From: the human T2T-CHM13v2.0 reference genome, Homo sapiens
DNA length: 64,000 nt
Reading direction: 5' to 3' (one strand)
Assembly (NCBI RefSeq): GCF_009914755.1
Contig: NC_060944.1
Part shown: positions 1 to 13,720 of the stretch, piece by piece
How the letters are laid out: the number at the start of each line of letters is the position of its first letter
Numbering within the stretch: the stretch's first letter is position 1
Made by a program: the position numbers and the translations under genes
Notes under the pieces: model-generated
What the model saw: the letters and a program-made list of their open reading frames with translations, nothing else
What the model was told of the DNA's origin: nothing
The model's database searches: none

Positions 1-120
1 ACTATGTCACATGACCACTGTTATTTGCAAGGGAGGCTGGGAAATATAGTATCTTGACACATTGCCTCTTGACAAAGCCAGGAAGCATAGGTGTTGGGTG
101 CTAAACTAGTAATCTCTGTC
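1..120 (-). mobile_element. Old MaLR LTR fragment (MLT1K/J-like)
   Basis: gtcacatgaccac...gcaagggaggctgggaaatatagt resembles the MLT1 motif gtcacatggccacacctagctgcaagggaggctgggaaatgtagt. Confidence 0.6.
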
Positions 121-379
121 CCATGAAGCAGATAACTGATCTGGCTTTCAGCAGAACATAACAAAAAAAAACTTTAGATATCCTTAGAGAGAAAACTGAA
201 AATACAAATAGGGTCTTAGAGGATCTTGGAATACTAAAAACTAGTTTACCCATTCAGAGCAGATAAATGAATTGATATCATTTTGTGGGGAGGACTTTAT
301 TGGAGTGCCTATGGGCTCTATCATAGCCCTGATCATATTAGCACTTTAATGATTTGAATTGAAGACATGGAAAAGCCAC

Positions 380-1065
380 TTGCGTGATTTGCTGGTGAAA
401 TAAAGTTGAAAGAGAAAATGTGTGAAGAAGCTGGCTGAAAAAATCAGTATCTTTTTAGATCTTGGTTGCTTAAGTGCGGCCAGATTTTATTAGGTGAATC
501 AGCAGAAGAATAAGGGAGGGTCCTGTGTTGGGTTGCAGAAGCGGTGGTCCAAGTGCAGGATCAGGGAGCTCTGGCTTAGTGAAGCAGGTCTGTAAGGTCT
601 TGTGGGCTTTTAGCTCACTCTTGACTTTGTATAGTAATCAGGATGATGTGGATCCACAAGTCCCATTTACCCTCAAGCCATGTTAATAGAAATATCACAA
701 GAGCTGTGATCCAGGGCAGAGAATGAGAATTCAGTGGAAGGAGAGTGTTTGACCCAGAGATATTCAGGTGGTACATTAACCTCTTAACTTATCTCAAAAC
801 ATTTTAGAGATTAGGGGAAGTATAGTTGAAGGAAGGGGGCCTGGGGTGATTAAAACCATTTATCTATGGAAAACTGCAGGACTTGGAGACATCTGAGGAG
901 CTGACCAAGGATAGAATAAGATATCCTTGGAGATGGTGAGTTCTCTGTCATTGGAAATATTAAGCTGGGAAGGGAGCCTATAGAGATGATTTAAGCATTG
1001 GGAGGGTAAACAGACTAGTTGCACTGTTACATAATTCCCTTTGGCTCATGAGGCTGTTTGATTCT
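380..1065 (+). mobile_element. L3/CR1 LINE relic (3' region)
   Basis: ggagatggtgagttctctgtcattggaaatattaagc and terminal ttccc...tgattct resemble the CR1/L3 3' end; degraded RT-region similarity upstream. Confidence 0.6.
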
Positions 1066-1504
1066 CCAAATTTTCTGGTGACCCCTGGGGTCACATGATC
1101 AGTAGATATACTGGTCAAAAAGTTACATAGCTGCTGGCCTAAGGCTCTCAAGAGGCTGATGAGACACTGAGCCCTTCCAGGAGGGGCTAAAACACTGATT
1201 TAAAACCCTGAGATGAAATATATTATTTTCAAGCAGTCTATAGGTTTGGCCACAGAAGGATAAATTGCACTGGAATTTGACATTAGCTAACCCAGTGGGA
1301 GGTTGAGGGGTCAACAGACCATCCTGTAACCTTGAGTCTTCTTGAACCTTGGGAAAAGCTGGCTCTGGGCTGGAGATGACTAGGTGTGGCCAGGACCTTG
1401 ATTTTCCCTCTGCCTCATTGTGGGGAAACCATCTGTGGCTTCACTATCATTAGTTTACATGGGTATGACTATGGGGTGTGAATGAAAAGAGCACTTAAGT
1501 TACC

Positions 1505-2085
1505 TAAACATTTATCGAGCACCTACTATGTGCCAGGCACTGTGCTGGAGCCAGGGATGTGGAGAGGAATCAAATACGGTCCCTGGGATGGAGGAGCTCA
1601 CAGATCAGTGATGGAGGGGACCAAAAACCAAACAGATCCTAATAGGCAGAGGGTCTCGATAGACACTTATACCAGGTGCGAGGAAATCTGTTGTAATTAC
1701 TCATGCCTGGAATAGGGCATCAAGGGGGCCTTCCCAAAGGTGAGCTGTAAGTGGGGAGGTGCTTTAGATAGATAAGAGCACAGGCTGGCCTTTCCTGGTG
1801 GAGGGACAGCACATGCAAAGGCCCTGTTTTGCAATGTCCTGGTGTATTCTGGGAATGGTAAACTTTTCTGGGTGGCTGGAAGAGCAAGGTTCATGGTGAG
1901 CAAAAAGACTCAGCAAATTTGGGACTGATACTGAATGCCATGCTGAGACATTTTTACTTTGCTCTGTTGGCATTCAGGAGTCACCCCAGGCTTAAAAGTA
2001 GGACAAGGAAATGATCAGATGTATCTTCTAAAAATCACCTCTTGGTTTTGTGGACTGGACAGGGATGAGGCTGGGAGCAGGAGGC
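1505..2085 (-). mobile_element. L2 LINE 3' fragment
   Basis: acatttatcgagcacctactatgtgccaggcactgtgctg is the reverse complement of the L2 3' terminus; L2-like sequence continues downstream. Confidence 0.8.
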
Positions 2086-2329
2086 CAGCTGGACACAGGG
2101 TTCCTGCATGGGCTACTTCTTTCTTTGCCACCATCAGGCTGTTCCCAGATTGGATGATCCATGGAAAGATATTTGCTTCTTCATCATTTCCCCTTTACTT
2201 TCAGGACCTCATCAGCTTGGGAGAAGTGCTCTTTGCCTGCTTAGTAATCCCATGTAGGGTTATCCAAGAGAACCCCAGGGCATAGCTGAGTACAGGGGAA
2301 TGAGTCACTATTTGTCATTGTTTGCCACA

Positions 2330-2505
2330 TACCAGATACTTTACTTACACAAGTCCTTTCATTTGCTTCTCACCATGGCTCTGAGTGGTTGCAATTGTGC
2401 TTCCCAAGTGGAAAATGATGCTCAGACCAAACTCAAGGTCTCAGAACCTGTAAGTGGCAGAGCTGGGATTTGAACCTGCCTCTACTGACTCTCAGTCCAG
2501 TGCTG
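2330..2505 (-). mobile_element. MIR SINE
   Basis: gtaagtggcagagctgggatttgaacc (reverse complement of MIR tRNA-derived head/B-box region). Confidence 0.75.
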
Positions 2506-3367
2506 TTGGCTGCTAAGGGTCCCTGTGTTTGCCTCCCCATGGGGCTGCTGGGGAAGGCTGTGTGTTTGTGTGCACCTGAAGCTGGGCAGCCTGTGTGTCT
2601 GGAGGGCCCATCCCACCCGGAGGCAAGGCAGGGAGGCCCATCAGCTCTCTGGTGGCTCCCCTTTGCTGTCTTCGACCTGTCTCCTGCACAGATTAATTGC
2701 TGCTCACCCGAGGTGTGATGTTTCCTGGTTCCCTGTTCCGGCAAGTGTGGGTTAGTGGGGAGCGGTGCAGCCATGCTGATCGGGAGTCTGCACTGGCACA
2801 GCTGGCGGCCTGCACAGCACCCTCATCGGAAAGTGATCCATCACCCGACAGTCGTGTTGCCATCCAGGCCCAGCTGCCAAGCTGGCATCTTGAGGCCTCC
2901 CCAGGTGTGACAGGCCTCCCGGCTCAGAGCCTCAGGGCTGGGCCTGCGTGTCTGCCCCTTGCAGGACTTTCAAAGGGGAGTGGGAGCCTTGCCTGACTAA
3001 GGCTTTTACTCTTGGCAGCTTTGGGGAAAGCCCCCAGCTGAAATGCGGTGTTTCCAGTGGGGAAAGAGTAATTTTTGAACATAGCCCCTGTTTTCCCACT
3101 GAAAGCTCCCAAGAGGAGCAAGAACCCCAGAGGCATGATGCTTCTTAGCACCCCCAAGTAGTTCCACAGAGACTGGTGTGTCCCTCATATATTCTCAGCT
3201 GAGATGGAGCTGGAAAGACCAGGCAGTGTTGGGGCAAGGCCCTGCCAGACTAGCAAGTGAATTTGCGTGGAAGGAGAGAGGTCGGGAGCCTGCCTACGTT
3301 CAAAGGGTCCTCGCGGTTCCTGCTCCTGAGATTTAGGTGGGATTAACTTGACCTTCTAGTTTTAAAT

Positions 3368-3555
3368 CAGTACTTCTTAAATTTGGCCATGAGTCAGGAT
3401 CACCTACAGGGCTTTTAAAAATGCAGATTGCTGGCCCCAACCCCAGTGTTTTCGATTCATTAGGATTAGGGTGGAGTCCTACAATTTGCATTTCTAACGT
3501 GTTCCCAGGTGATGTCAATGCCACTGGTCCAGGGACCACACTTTGTGAACCACTG
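3368..3555. mobile_element. MER5A (hAT-Charlie MITE)
   Basis: cagt...aaaaatgcagattgctggcccca...ttgcatttctaac...gggaccacactttg...aaccactg; full length ~190 bp. Confidence 0.9.
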
Positions 3556-4639
3556 GTTAAGGGGGAGGCCAACCCCCTTTTTAGGCTCTTTAAGAATTTG
3601 CAGAAGTCTAAGCTCTCCTGGTTTCTTTGGGTTGTTAGTTCCTGATTAATTTTCTTGTCTCCCCAGGCCACATGGGCTGTCCTAGGGCTAAAATCAGAGA
3701 TAAAGTTCAGTTCCTTCTGATATCTAACAAGAGCCCATGAGGGTGTGGCAACCAAATTTGGTGAAGTCCGGGGCAGTGGAAGCAGGATTTCTACACGAGC
3801 AATACTGATAGCTATAATTCCATTTAGATACTTGCTGTTTTAATTATCCTTTGGCCACGAGGCCTTTGAGAGCACAACCTGAGATGAAATATACGAAAGA
3901 TCTGGCTTACAGAAGGTGTTTCATCAAGCCTCATTTTCCCCCATCCATCTCTGACTTACTAGTAGAGGCAGATCTGGATGCAATTGAGCCCCAGAAGAAG
4001 TTTGGGGAGGAGAGTCTTGAGAATAACTCAGTAGCAGTTCCCTGTTCTTATAGCCCACCATTGGCTGAGGATAAAAGAGATGCTCTCTCCTGGGTCCTTA
4101 AATGCCCCCAGAGGCAGAGCTATCTTCTGGATTTGGCTCCTTTCACATTTTGCCAATGCCAGGAAATGGCCTGGCTGGTAGGTCCCAGCTGGTTGACCTT
4201 CATAAAGACTATAGGCTGCTCAAACCACTTTCTTTAGGCAAGATCCTCAACTTACCTTTCCCTCTCATTTCATCTCCTGGCGTTTCATCACTGTCCAGAG
4301 CTGACTACTAGCTGCTGGATGTCTTGCAATGGCAAAGTGGTCCCCATATTTTTCAGAACTTTGGGAGGGAGGCAAGGGCCTCAGATACCTCCTGGGGCTT
4401 GAACTCCCTGAAGGATTTATAGATTTGGTTGGGAGCTTCAAGTTGAGTCCCAATGATCTGTGTAACCATAACCACCAGTGTTCCACCCTCCACTTCCCAC
4501 CTGTTACCTACCATTTTCAAGCCTTGTTTCCAACACTATGCATAGGCACATGTCCAAGCTTAGCTTTTGTCCTTTTGAATTCCTAAGAGGAATCATTTAC
4601 CCTGTTCTTTTGTCTTAGTACGTGTGATTCTGCAATTAG

Positions 4640-5161
<522 letters not shown>

Positions 5162-5692
5162 TAAATAACTATGATAAAGTTTAATTGATAAATTAGGCAC
5201 AGTAAGAGACTAACTAATGAATAATAAAATAGAACAATTATTACAATATACTTTAATGAAAGTTATGTGAATGTGATCTCTCTTTATTAAAATATCTTCT
5301 TATACTGCAGATCTTAGCAATCTCAGCATACAATTTTTTTCTTTTCCCTATTAAGTAGAGAACTTGCATCTTTTCACTTAAAGGAAGCACTTCATGGCTT
5401 CTTTTTGGTGTATCTGAATTGCCAGCATCACTACTCTTGTGCTTTGAGGTTACTCTTCAGTTAAATAAAGGTTGCATGAACTCAAGCACTGCGATACCTC
5501 AACAGCTGATCTGATAACTGAGGCCACTACTAAGTCACTAATGCGCAGTGGAGCTTATATGGATGGATATGCTGGACAAAGAGATGATTCACATCCTAGG
5601 AGGAATGGAGCAGGATGGTGTGATATTTTGTAATGTTACTCAGAATGGCATGCAATTTAAAACTTATGAATTGTTTATTTCTGGAATTCTCT

Positions 5693-6317
5693 ATTGTTTT
5701 AAGTTCAGGGGTACATATACAGGATGTGCAGGTTTGTTACACAGGTAAATGTGTGCCATGGTGGTTTGCAGATCATCTCATCACCTAGGTATTAAACCCA
5801 GCATCCATTAGCCATTTTTCCTGATGTTCTTCTCCCTCCTCCCTCCTAACTCTCTGACAGGCCCCAGTGTGTGTCCCCCCACCATGTGTCCATGTGTTTT
5901 CATCATTGAGCTCCCACTTGTAAGTGAGAACATGTGGTATTTGGTTTTTTGTTCCTGCATTAGTTTGCTGAGGATAATGGCCTCCAGCTCTGTCCATGTC
6001 TCTGCAAAGGACATGATCTTCTTTTTTATGGCTGCATAGTATTCCGTGGTGTATATGTACCATATTTTCTTTATCCAGTCTATCATTAACGGGCATTTAG
6101 GTTGATTCCATTTCTTTGCTACTGTGAGTAGTGCTGCAATGAACATGTGAGTACGTGTATTTTTATAATAGAATGATTTCTATTCCTTTGGGTATATACC
6201 CAGTAATGGGATTGCTGGGTCAAATGGTATTTCTGCCTCTAGGTCTTTGAGGAATCATCACACTGTCTTACACAATGGTTGAACTAATTTACACTCCCAC
6301 CAACAGTGTAAAAGCAT
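5693..6317 (-). mobile_element. 5'-truncated L1PA 3' end with ORF2 C-terminus
   Basis: ORF 5808-6146 MFIAALLTVAKKWNQPKCP...EYYAAIKK...LSKLMQEQKTKYHMFSL matches the L1 ORF2p C-terminus; TSD tggaatt(c/t)tct at 5682-5692 and 6318-6328. Confidence 0.95.
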
Positions 6318-7459
6318 TGGAATTTTCTGTTTAATATTTTTGGACCTCAGTTGAGCACCACTAACCAAAGCCATAAAGAGTGAAACTGCAATTAAGGGGG
6401 AACTATTGAAAGTGGGATGTAATCTTTATTCCCTGTTGCATCCCATGCTTGCTTATGGTACCACCTAGGATTGCAATGATAGCTAACTCCCAATCCCCCC
6501 AAATCATTGCATTTGGCTGGAGTTGTGGGTATCTTTGCTAGCTGGGTACTAGCCTCTGATTATTTTTTCCAGCTCTTTTAAGGGTAGGGGGATGTGAGGC
6601 AGGTCAACTATAATGGAAAGGTCAGAGTGGCTGGTATAGACTGCTTCTGATAGGGCTTATGGTTAGCAAAGAGAGCAGTTTTTACATTAACTAGGATAAT
6701 TTTTTCACAAATAATATAAATTTAAGACATGGGTGATTGCATTAATCACTTTTGCTTTCTGTAACCCTCTAAAGAGGACATTCCACAAGGCATGGAATGG
6801 AAAGAGGAGGTTACAGTGTGACACTTGAACTTAAACCCCTACTATAGAGACAGGAGATAGAACATTGGGGCTTTTGATAGCTAACCCTGAGAAAATGCCT
6901 CCATCTGCCCCAGGCTTGCCCTGCCTGCAGCCTTAGGAGATGGTAGCCCCACCAACCTTTCCTGTGAATTTGCCAGTTTCTCTTTGCACCAATGCATAAC
7001 GTCAAATGAGGGGCCCCCACCAGGGTGCCTGCTGCTTGCTGCCAGGCACTCCTGATGACTTCAGCTAATTTCTGAGTCTGGAAACATTGTTGACAATGTG
7101 ATTTCTGAAACGTGAAAGGCGTTATCTCATTGTGCCATCTGCGGCATGTCTGTCTGAGTCGGGGCTTCCGCTGCCACTCTGCCCCCTTGCAGCACCTCTC
7201 ACTGCTCCGTCATCATCTCCCACAGCTAATTGCTCCAAACTGACAAGGAGGCTTTTTTCATTTAGAGATACAGGGAAATGGAACTTTCTTGCTGATGTTT
7301 CCTAGTCAAGCATGCTTTTTGGAATTCTAATTTGATCTTTTGGTTGCGGGTGGGTGAGTGGGGTCTGGTTTCAGCACTGGGTCAGGGACAGCTCCCAGAG
7401 AAGAAGGAAGTAGCACAGTGGGGACTAGGGTGGAAATCTCTTCTGCCTGCAAGGCCGTT

Positions 7460-7590
7460 AATTGGGAGGTAGTAAATTCTCTGTCACTAGAAGTGTGCAA
7501 ATGGAGATGAATTTTTTTTTTTTTTACTTGCATGGAAAGCTCTAAATGGAGCCAGTCTTTGAATGGGTGATTTCTTCTAGCTCAAGGGAT
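7460..7590 (+). mobile_element. L3/CR1 3' fragment
   Basis: gggaggtagtaaattctctgtcactagaagtgtgcaa resembles the conserved CR1/L3 3' motif. Confidence 0.55.
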
Positions 7591-7658
7591 CTCCTGGAGC
7601 CAGTTATATCCAGGGGGAGGTGTGAGGTAGGGGAGGATAATCAAAGGGTCAGGGCTAG

Positions 7659-8175
7659 TGTAGTAGTTATCCATAGCTGTATAACAAATCACTTTAGTAC
7701 TTTAATAGCCTGAAACAACAATAATCATTTATTTTCTTGCATGGATTTTGTTAGTCATTAATCAAGGCAGGGCACAATGGGGATTCCCTGTCTCTGCTTC
7801 AAGTTGTCTGAGACCTCACCTTGAGGACTTGAAGCCTAGGGTCCTAGAATCACCTGAAGGTTTGCCTGTGGCTGAGGATCCACTTGCAAAGTGGCTGATA
7901 AGTTGGTGCTGACTGTTGATGGGAGACCTCAGTTCTTCCTCCACATGGGTTTCTTCAGAGGGCTGCTTGAATCCTTGTGGCTTTATGGCTGTCTTTCCAG
8001 AATAAGCAATCCAATGCCATTTATGATCTACCCTGGGAAGTCATGCACTGTCGCTTCTGTAGTATTCTTTTGGTCACAGAGGTCAGCTTGATTCAGTGTG
8101 GGAGGAAACTACAGAAATGTGTGAACACCAGGAGTCAAGGGTCCTTGGGGGCCACTTTGGAAGCTGGCTATTACA
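7659..8175 (-). mobile_element. MaLR LTR (MLT1F/G-like)
   Basis: TG...CA ends; gctgtataacaaatcac...aaacaacaataatcatttatt; end ggggccactttggaagctggctattaca. Confidence 0.75.
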
Positions 8176-8429
8176 TCTGGTAATAGAGAGTGAAGCAAGG
8201 CACACAGCTTCTATTGATTGAGACAGTGAAGACAAGTTCTGAGCTTGCTCATATTTTAGAAGCAGGAAGTTGGCAGAGGGCATTAAGTCTAAGCTAACTC
8301 AAGTTTTTATGAGACTTGTTCTCCTGTCTCTTTGCACAGGCGTCTCCCCTCCAGAGGCATCTACGCTGGGCTTTCACATTTTGCTTCCAGCACTGACCTT
8401 TTTCTTGAGCCTTTGATTCATACTTTCAA

Positions 8430-9490
8430 CTCACTCCAACCTCTCTGGCCTCCATCAGCTTCTTGAATATATCGTGCTCTTTCATACTTCAGGGCCTCTT
8501 CACATGCTGTTCCCTCGGCTAGGAATACCATCCCTAATCTGTCTTCATCACTCTGTCACTGGTTGGTTTGTGTTCATTGCTGAGATCTCAGCTCAAATGT
8601 CACTTTCTCTGAGCAGTCTTTGCTTAGCTCTCCTGTGGCAGATTATATTTTCCAAAGATGGCCACACTAATATATCTCCCATCCCAAATGCTTTTTTTAC
8701 AATGTGATGTTGACATTTCTCCATCAAGAGGTGGGTCAGTGTTACATTATATAGAACTTGGGGTGGATGTTTGTAACTGTCACAATCAGTAGAAAGTGGC
8801 AGAAATGATGCTGTGTGACTTCCAAGGCTAGGTCTTAAAAGGTAGCATAGCAGCTACCTGGAGTGCTGTCTGTCATCTCTGTTCCTCTCTTCCCTTGTCC
8901 ATGGTACCCCCCACCATTTTGTGAGGAAGCTCAAGTAGCACCTGCGAAGAGACCACCGGGAGAGAAATTTAGGCCTCCAGATGACAGCCAGCATTGCCCA
9001 TCGAACATACGACTGAATGAGAGTTCAGATAATTTCAGCTCCCCAGTGTTTGAGCCTTCCAGCTGAGATCCCAGACATCATGGAGCAGAGATAAGTAACC
9101 CCCACAATGCATCTTTGGAATTCCAACTAAAAGAAACTGCAAGAGATAATAAAAAATGAATGTAACTGTGTTATGAACTGAATATTGGAGTTATTTGTTA
9201 TGCCATCAAGGTAACTGATATATCTGCAGGCTCCACCAGGTTTCCTTATAATGTGCTGTCCTAGCTTCCAGTATGTTTCCTTCATAGCATTCTTCAAGAG
9301 TTTGCACTTATATATGTGACTTGCAACTAATTTCAATTCATTCCCATCTGTTTCACTGGACGGTAAAATGTATGAGGGCAAGCACCATATAAATTTTGTT
9401 TGCAAACACCCTGCTAGAGCCTGACATATAATATGTGCTCAATAAATAATACGTGCTCAATGAATGTGTTAAATGGATACATCAATGGAT
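8430..9490 (+). mobile_element. L2 3' region split by an MLT1H insertion
   Basis: cagggcctcttcacatgctgttccctcggctaggaat...tctcagctcaaatgtcac before the LTR; gtgctcaataaat terminus after it. Confidence 0.7.
8634..9222 (+). mobile_element. MaLR LTR (MLT1H-like)
   Basis: tgtggcagattatattttccaaagatggccaca start; ttggagttatttgttatgc...gtaactgata end. Confidence 0.75.
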
Positions 9491-10096
9491 AATCTTTCTC
9501 CCTGAATTTGCCATAGATGCCCCAATCTCTGCACATACGAGTTGAAGACATCATCTTTGTCTTCCTCTTACATCTTGATGAAGGCACCATTACCTCTTCA
9601 GATGCTCAAACCACAAACTTGGAAATCATCTTGGTCTTTTCCCATCTTTTTACTGACTCCCATAAAAGGTTCTGGGTCCTGTGCATTCTACCTTTTAATA
9701 CTTTATTATTCCACCCCCATTTCCCCACTTTAGTTCAGCTTCTTATCATTTCCTTCTTGTATCCAGTCAATTGACTCCTGTTCAGTTTACTTCCTTCCAA
9801 TGCATCATCCAAACTGGCAGGTTGACCTCTTCACACTGCATGTCTAAGCCTGTCACTCTTTGGATGAAAATTGTTCACTGACATTATTGTCCTTACAATA
9901 ATGCCCAAAGTCCTCAGTAGCCTCCTCAAGTCATTTATGGAGATGGGTGTGTTATAAATTGAAACTCCTTGCTGTGGCCTGCAGTTCCTCAATGATCTGT
10001 CTTGAGATGATCTCTTCTCCCTCATCTCTCTTTACTTTCACCCCCAGAGCACATGCTGTAAACACATCAAGATCTTGAGGTTTATCCCAAATCACC

Positions 10097-10780
10097 TGTA
10101 TTAATTTGGTTGAAAAAGACAGAAATTCCACTTGAGCTAACTTAGGCAATAAGAGTTCATTGGCTCACAGAATCTAAGAAAACTTTTGCAGGGAAGGCAG
10201 GCAGAAGAGTGCCCAGGAGTAACTAGATCAAGAAGTCAAGCAGCTTCTACATATCTCCAGTGTTGGCTTCATTCTCTTTCACTACAGAAGAGCTTTTCTA
10301 TGTTGCTTATTTATTATTGCATTAACAAGCATTTATCATTATTATCTCTCATGGTTCTGAGGGTTACCTTGGCACAGCCAGTTGGCTAATCCTCAGTTTT
10401 TTCATGTGGTTGCCATTTGACTGATGTTGGCTGCAGTTGAAGTCATCTTTCTTACTCTCATACCTGGCACCTGGGCTGAGGGATGAGATAGCTGGTGCTC
10501 CTCTGCTATCTGTCTCTACCACTCTGTAGTCTGTCTATGTGGTCACTCTAGTATAGCAATTTCAGGGTAGCCAAAATTCCTACATGGTGGCTCAAGGCTT
10601 CAGTGATGGGTGTCCGAAGGAAAAATGGCAGAGGGTGCATGGTCCTTCCTAACACAACCTTGAAAGCCACTTCTGCCATAGTCTATTTATCAAGTTAGTC
10701 AAAAAGTGTTGCCTGGATTCAAGGGAGGGGGCCACAGACCCATCTCTTGATGGGAAGGGCATCATGTTTGAACATCACCA
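10097..10780 (-). mobile_element. Nested old MaLR LTR fragments (MLT1K/H-like)
   Basis: gacagaaattccacttgagctaacttagg...cattggctcac; cacttctgccatagtctatt...ggattcaagggagggg...catctcttgatgggaag. Confidence 0.55.
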
Positions 10781-11884
10781 GCTTTGCTACTGGAAACAAT
10801 TCTTGAGTTCATCATCTTACAGTTTCAGCCACCACTTGATCTTAAGTTAAAATCCTCTGGTGGGGATCTCTGAGCCTATCTTGTGTTGGGTGACTCAAGC
10901 CCAGTGGACTGTAAGAGAGTGAAGTCTTCTAGAAATATGGCAACTCTTTCATATGGATGAGTATGGCAGGTTTTGAAGTGGAGGTGGTACCAGGTAGGCA
11001 GTACAGTGAATGATTTGTACATGGCTCCAAAATCTGAACATAGCACCTTCCCATATTTGCTCAAGCTGTGCCTTCCCAGGAGCACCTTTTCTTCCTTCTT
11101 TCCATCCTGTTCACTTTTCTTTGTCCTTCAATTCTCATCTCAGGAACCACCTACTTCAGGAAGTCTTATCTTTTTTGACCCCCAAGGTTAGTTTATCTGT
11201 TTGCTCCTCTCATTACCAAAGGTATGCTTACTTTCGTTTTAAAACTAATTATACTAGCTCAAAACCTACCTGCCCTCTTTTATCATCTGTCTTCCTCACC
11301 AAACTGTGAGCCTCTCTAGGGCAAAACTTGTATTCCTAGTGCCTAGTTCAGGGTCCAGCCCTTTGTAGGTGCTTGATATTTGCTTTTGGAATGAGTGAAT
11401 TAATCTGAGCAGTAAGGAGGCTGCCCCCAGAATGAACTGCTGTGTCCTCTGGTGTGAACATATGGCCCAGCTGCTGTGTGCTGGGGTAAAAAGAGGCCAA
11501 CTTGCCCCACAGCTGCCTGGGGTTGAGCATCTGCAGGCTGTTTTGGGAGCTGGCCTGACAGATGGAAAAGGGCTGAAGTCCCCCAGGTCCATAAGTTGCT
11601 CACTCCTTTTGAGCCTCTCTGCAGCTGAAGGGCCATTGGGCAGGGGCATGAAAACATCTGGGAGAGGAGGTTGTTCCAGGAAAGCATTTACGCCAGGTGT
11701 CAAGCTTCCTGCAGATGAAATAACCAGTCCTGGGCTGGAGTTTCTGACATCTGCTCGTGTGAGGGCTTGAGGTCAGGGGGCCCTGAGAGATGATGCTGAG
11801 AATAGGCTTGATTGTTTGGAGCAAGTCCCCCAAATCAGAGATTTAGGGACTAGACAGACATAATAAAAATGAGAGTGGCCACTG

Positions 11885-12100
11885 ATGGAGTACGGACTAT
11901 GTGCCAAGCACCATGTCAAGCTCAGTGCTTGTGCGTAAACTGCTTTTAACCTTAAGAGGCAGGAACTCCTATTATTTCTATTTTATAAAAGAGATAGAAG
12001 TTCCGAGAGGTAAAGTAACTTGTCCAGAGGCCCACAGCTCAAAAAGGGTAGAGTCGGGGTTTGAATCTGTGTTTCTGACTGTGTGAGCTCAACTCCACTC
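11885..12100 (-). mobile_element. MIR SINE
   Basis: actatgtgccaagcac...agaggtaaagtaacttgtccagaggcccacagct...gggtttgaatc. Confidence 0.75.
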
Positions 12101-12239
12101 ATGGTGCTCTGATTAAAAGGGCCCAGACTCCCAGTGAGAGGTGGTGAAACAGACTCCTTCAGATACGGGTTCTGGGAGGATGTTGGCTAAGACATAGAGT
12201 CTTTATGTTTCTGGGTAGTTGGGCCCAGTAGACTTACCT

Positions 12240-12725
12240 CTGCTCCCCAATATAGACCGAAGCCAAGGACTTGGGTGCATGTAATTTTTTTTTTTCAGGA
12301 TATGACTCCAGGAAGCACAGTAGGAAGTGTGGGCATGAGACCAGGAAAGGAAGGCAGGCAACTAAGGGTACACTAATGAGCCTGGTGGGACAACTGGGCT
12401 GAGACTTTCTGAGGACCTGTGTAGAGCTCACCTTATAATTGTTCCACAGACAGGAAGGAAGCTGAGTGTTTGTTCATCTGTTACAGTGCCTCATTGGTTG
12501 AGGGTTGTTTCCAGGGGCAAGATCTCCCTGGCTGTTTCCATCTGATCCTCTTTATCCAACATGAGCTGAACCTGCTCCAGTTACAAAAGGAAGCTCTCAG
12601 GCACAGAGATGGAGATGCTTGGGGTAGGAATCCATTGGTAAGTACGGAATCTGTCTACGGAAGCTGCAGGTGACTTTGAGGTTGCACCATAGTGATGGGG
12701 CAAGCCACCAACAGTGTCTGCTACA
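12240..12725 (-). mobile_element. ERVL LTR (LTR33-like)
   Basis: caggaaaggaaggcaggcaactaagggtac...caactgggctga; end ccaccaacagtgtctgctaca. Confidence 0.65.
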
Positions 12726-13519
12726 CTAGCCCTACCTGTGAATGCCCCTACAAATCTGTCCTTCCTCCATCAGGCATTTCTGGGTGCTCCCGGGAGGTAT
12801 CTTATATGTGTTCTTAATCTTGATCAGTTATTGCTTCCTCCTCTGGGTCGTGCTGGGCACTATCATTTTCCCCAGCCCTGCAAAGACAACAGGTGCTGTG
12901 TCATTCTCATTCTCTGAGTATTAGTGGGTTCTTTAGACTCTCATTCCCAGGGAATATCTGCTGCTTGCTGGGCATTTCCACTACATCTGCTACCTTCAAC
13001 AGTTTTTCTTTTAAACCATAGTCCTCTCTTTTCCTCATGTAGAAAAGAGGCCTCTTGGGAGGCTGCGGTGGGAAATCTGAGAGACAACCACTGCCATGTT
13101 GTACTTGAAATACCCCAGACCTCTGATTGGAAGTCAACAGCAGATCTCTTCCCTTTCCTTCAGTTCTAGCACAGTGAGATGCATGGGCAGGGGTACAGAT
13201 GGTTCAGGAAGCTCTAAGCCTAGTGAATTGGTTAGGAAAATCCCCAGTACATTTGTTTTGTATTTTTCTTCAAAATGAGGGAGTTGGCAACAAAACGTGT
13301 GGAAAAGTCATTAGGTTAGTTCATGCCTCATTATGATAACTTAGGGGTTTTCAGAATAATTCCTTCATTTATGTGATGAATATTGGTTGAGCACCTGCAA
13401 CATGCCAGATACCATCCTACTTGTTGCATTGCATGTCAGGCAGGGCAGGCAAAGGGTGACACAATGGACTCTGATCAGACAGGAAGGCAAGGAATCTACC
13501 AGCAGGAAAAGATAAAATC

Positions 13520-13720
13520 TGAGGTACATCTAGGGAAACAGTATAAAGATGAAGTTCAAGGTGTGGCTATAAAATCCTTTGCAAAGATCTCAGGAGGATT
13601 GAAAGTGGTGCCTCAGAGAGCCATTTAGTAAATAAAAAAGGGCTAATAAGAAAATTAAGGGTATCGTCTCTCAGCAATCTCAGCAGTATCCCAAGATAGA
13701 CAAAGGCTTGGAGATTTGTA
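13520..13720 (+). mobile_element. MaLR internal (MLT1-int-like) fragment
   Basis: ggtgtggctataaaatcctttgcaaagatctcagga...gtggtgcctcagaga resembles MLT1 internal sequence. Confidence 0.45.

Noticed and set aside
5808-6146. ORF with strong protein similarity
   Set aside because: L1 ORF2 C-terminus in a 5'-truncated copy, not a gene
7015-7030. CTCF-like ccaccagggtgcc (and cacttggcggcgg near 44100)
   Set aside because: Several mismatches at core positions
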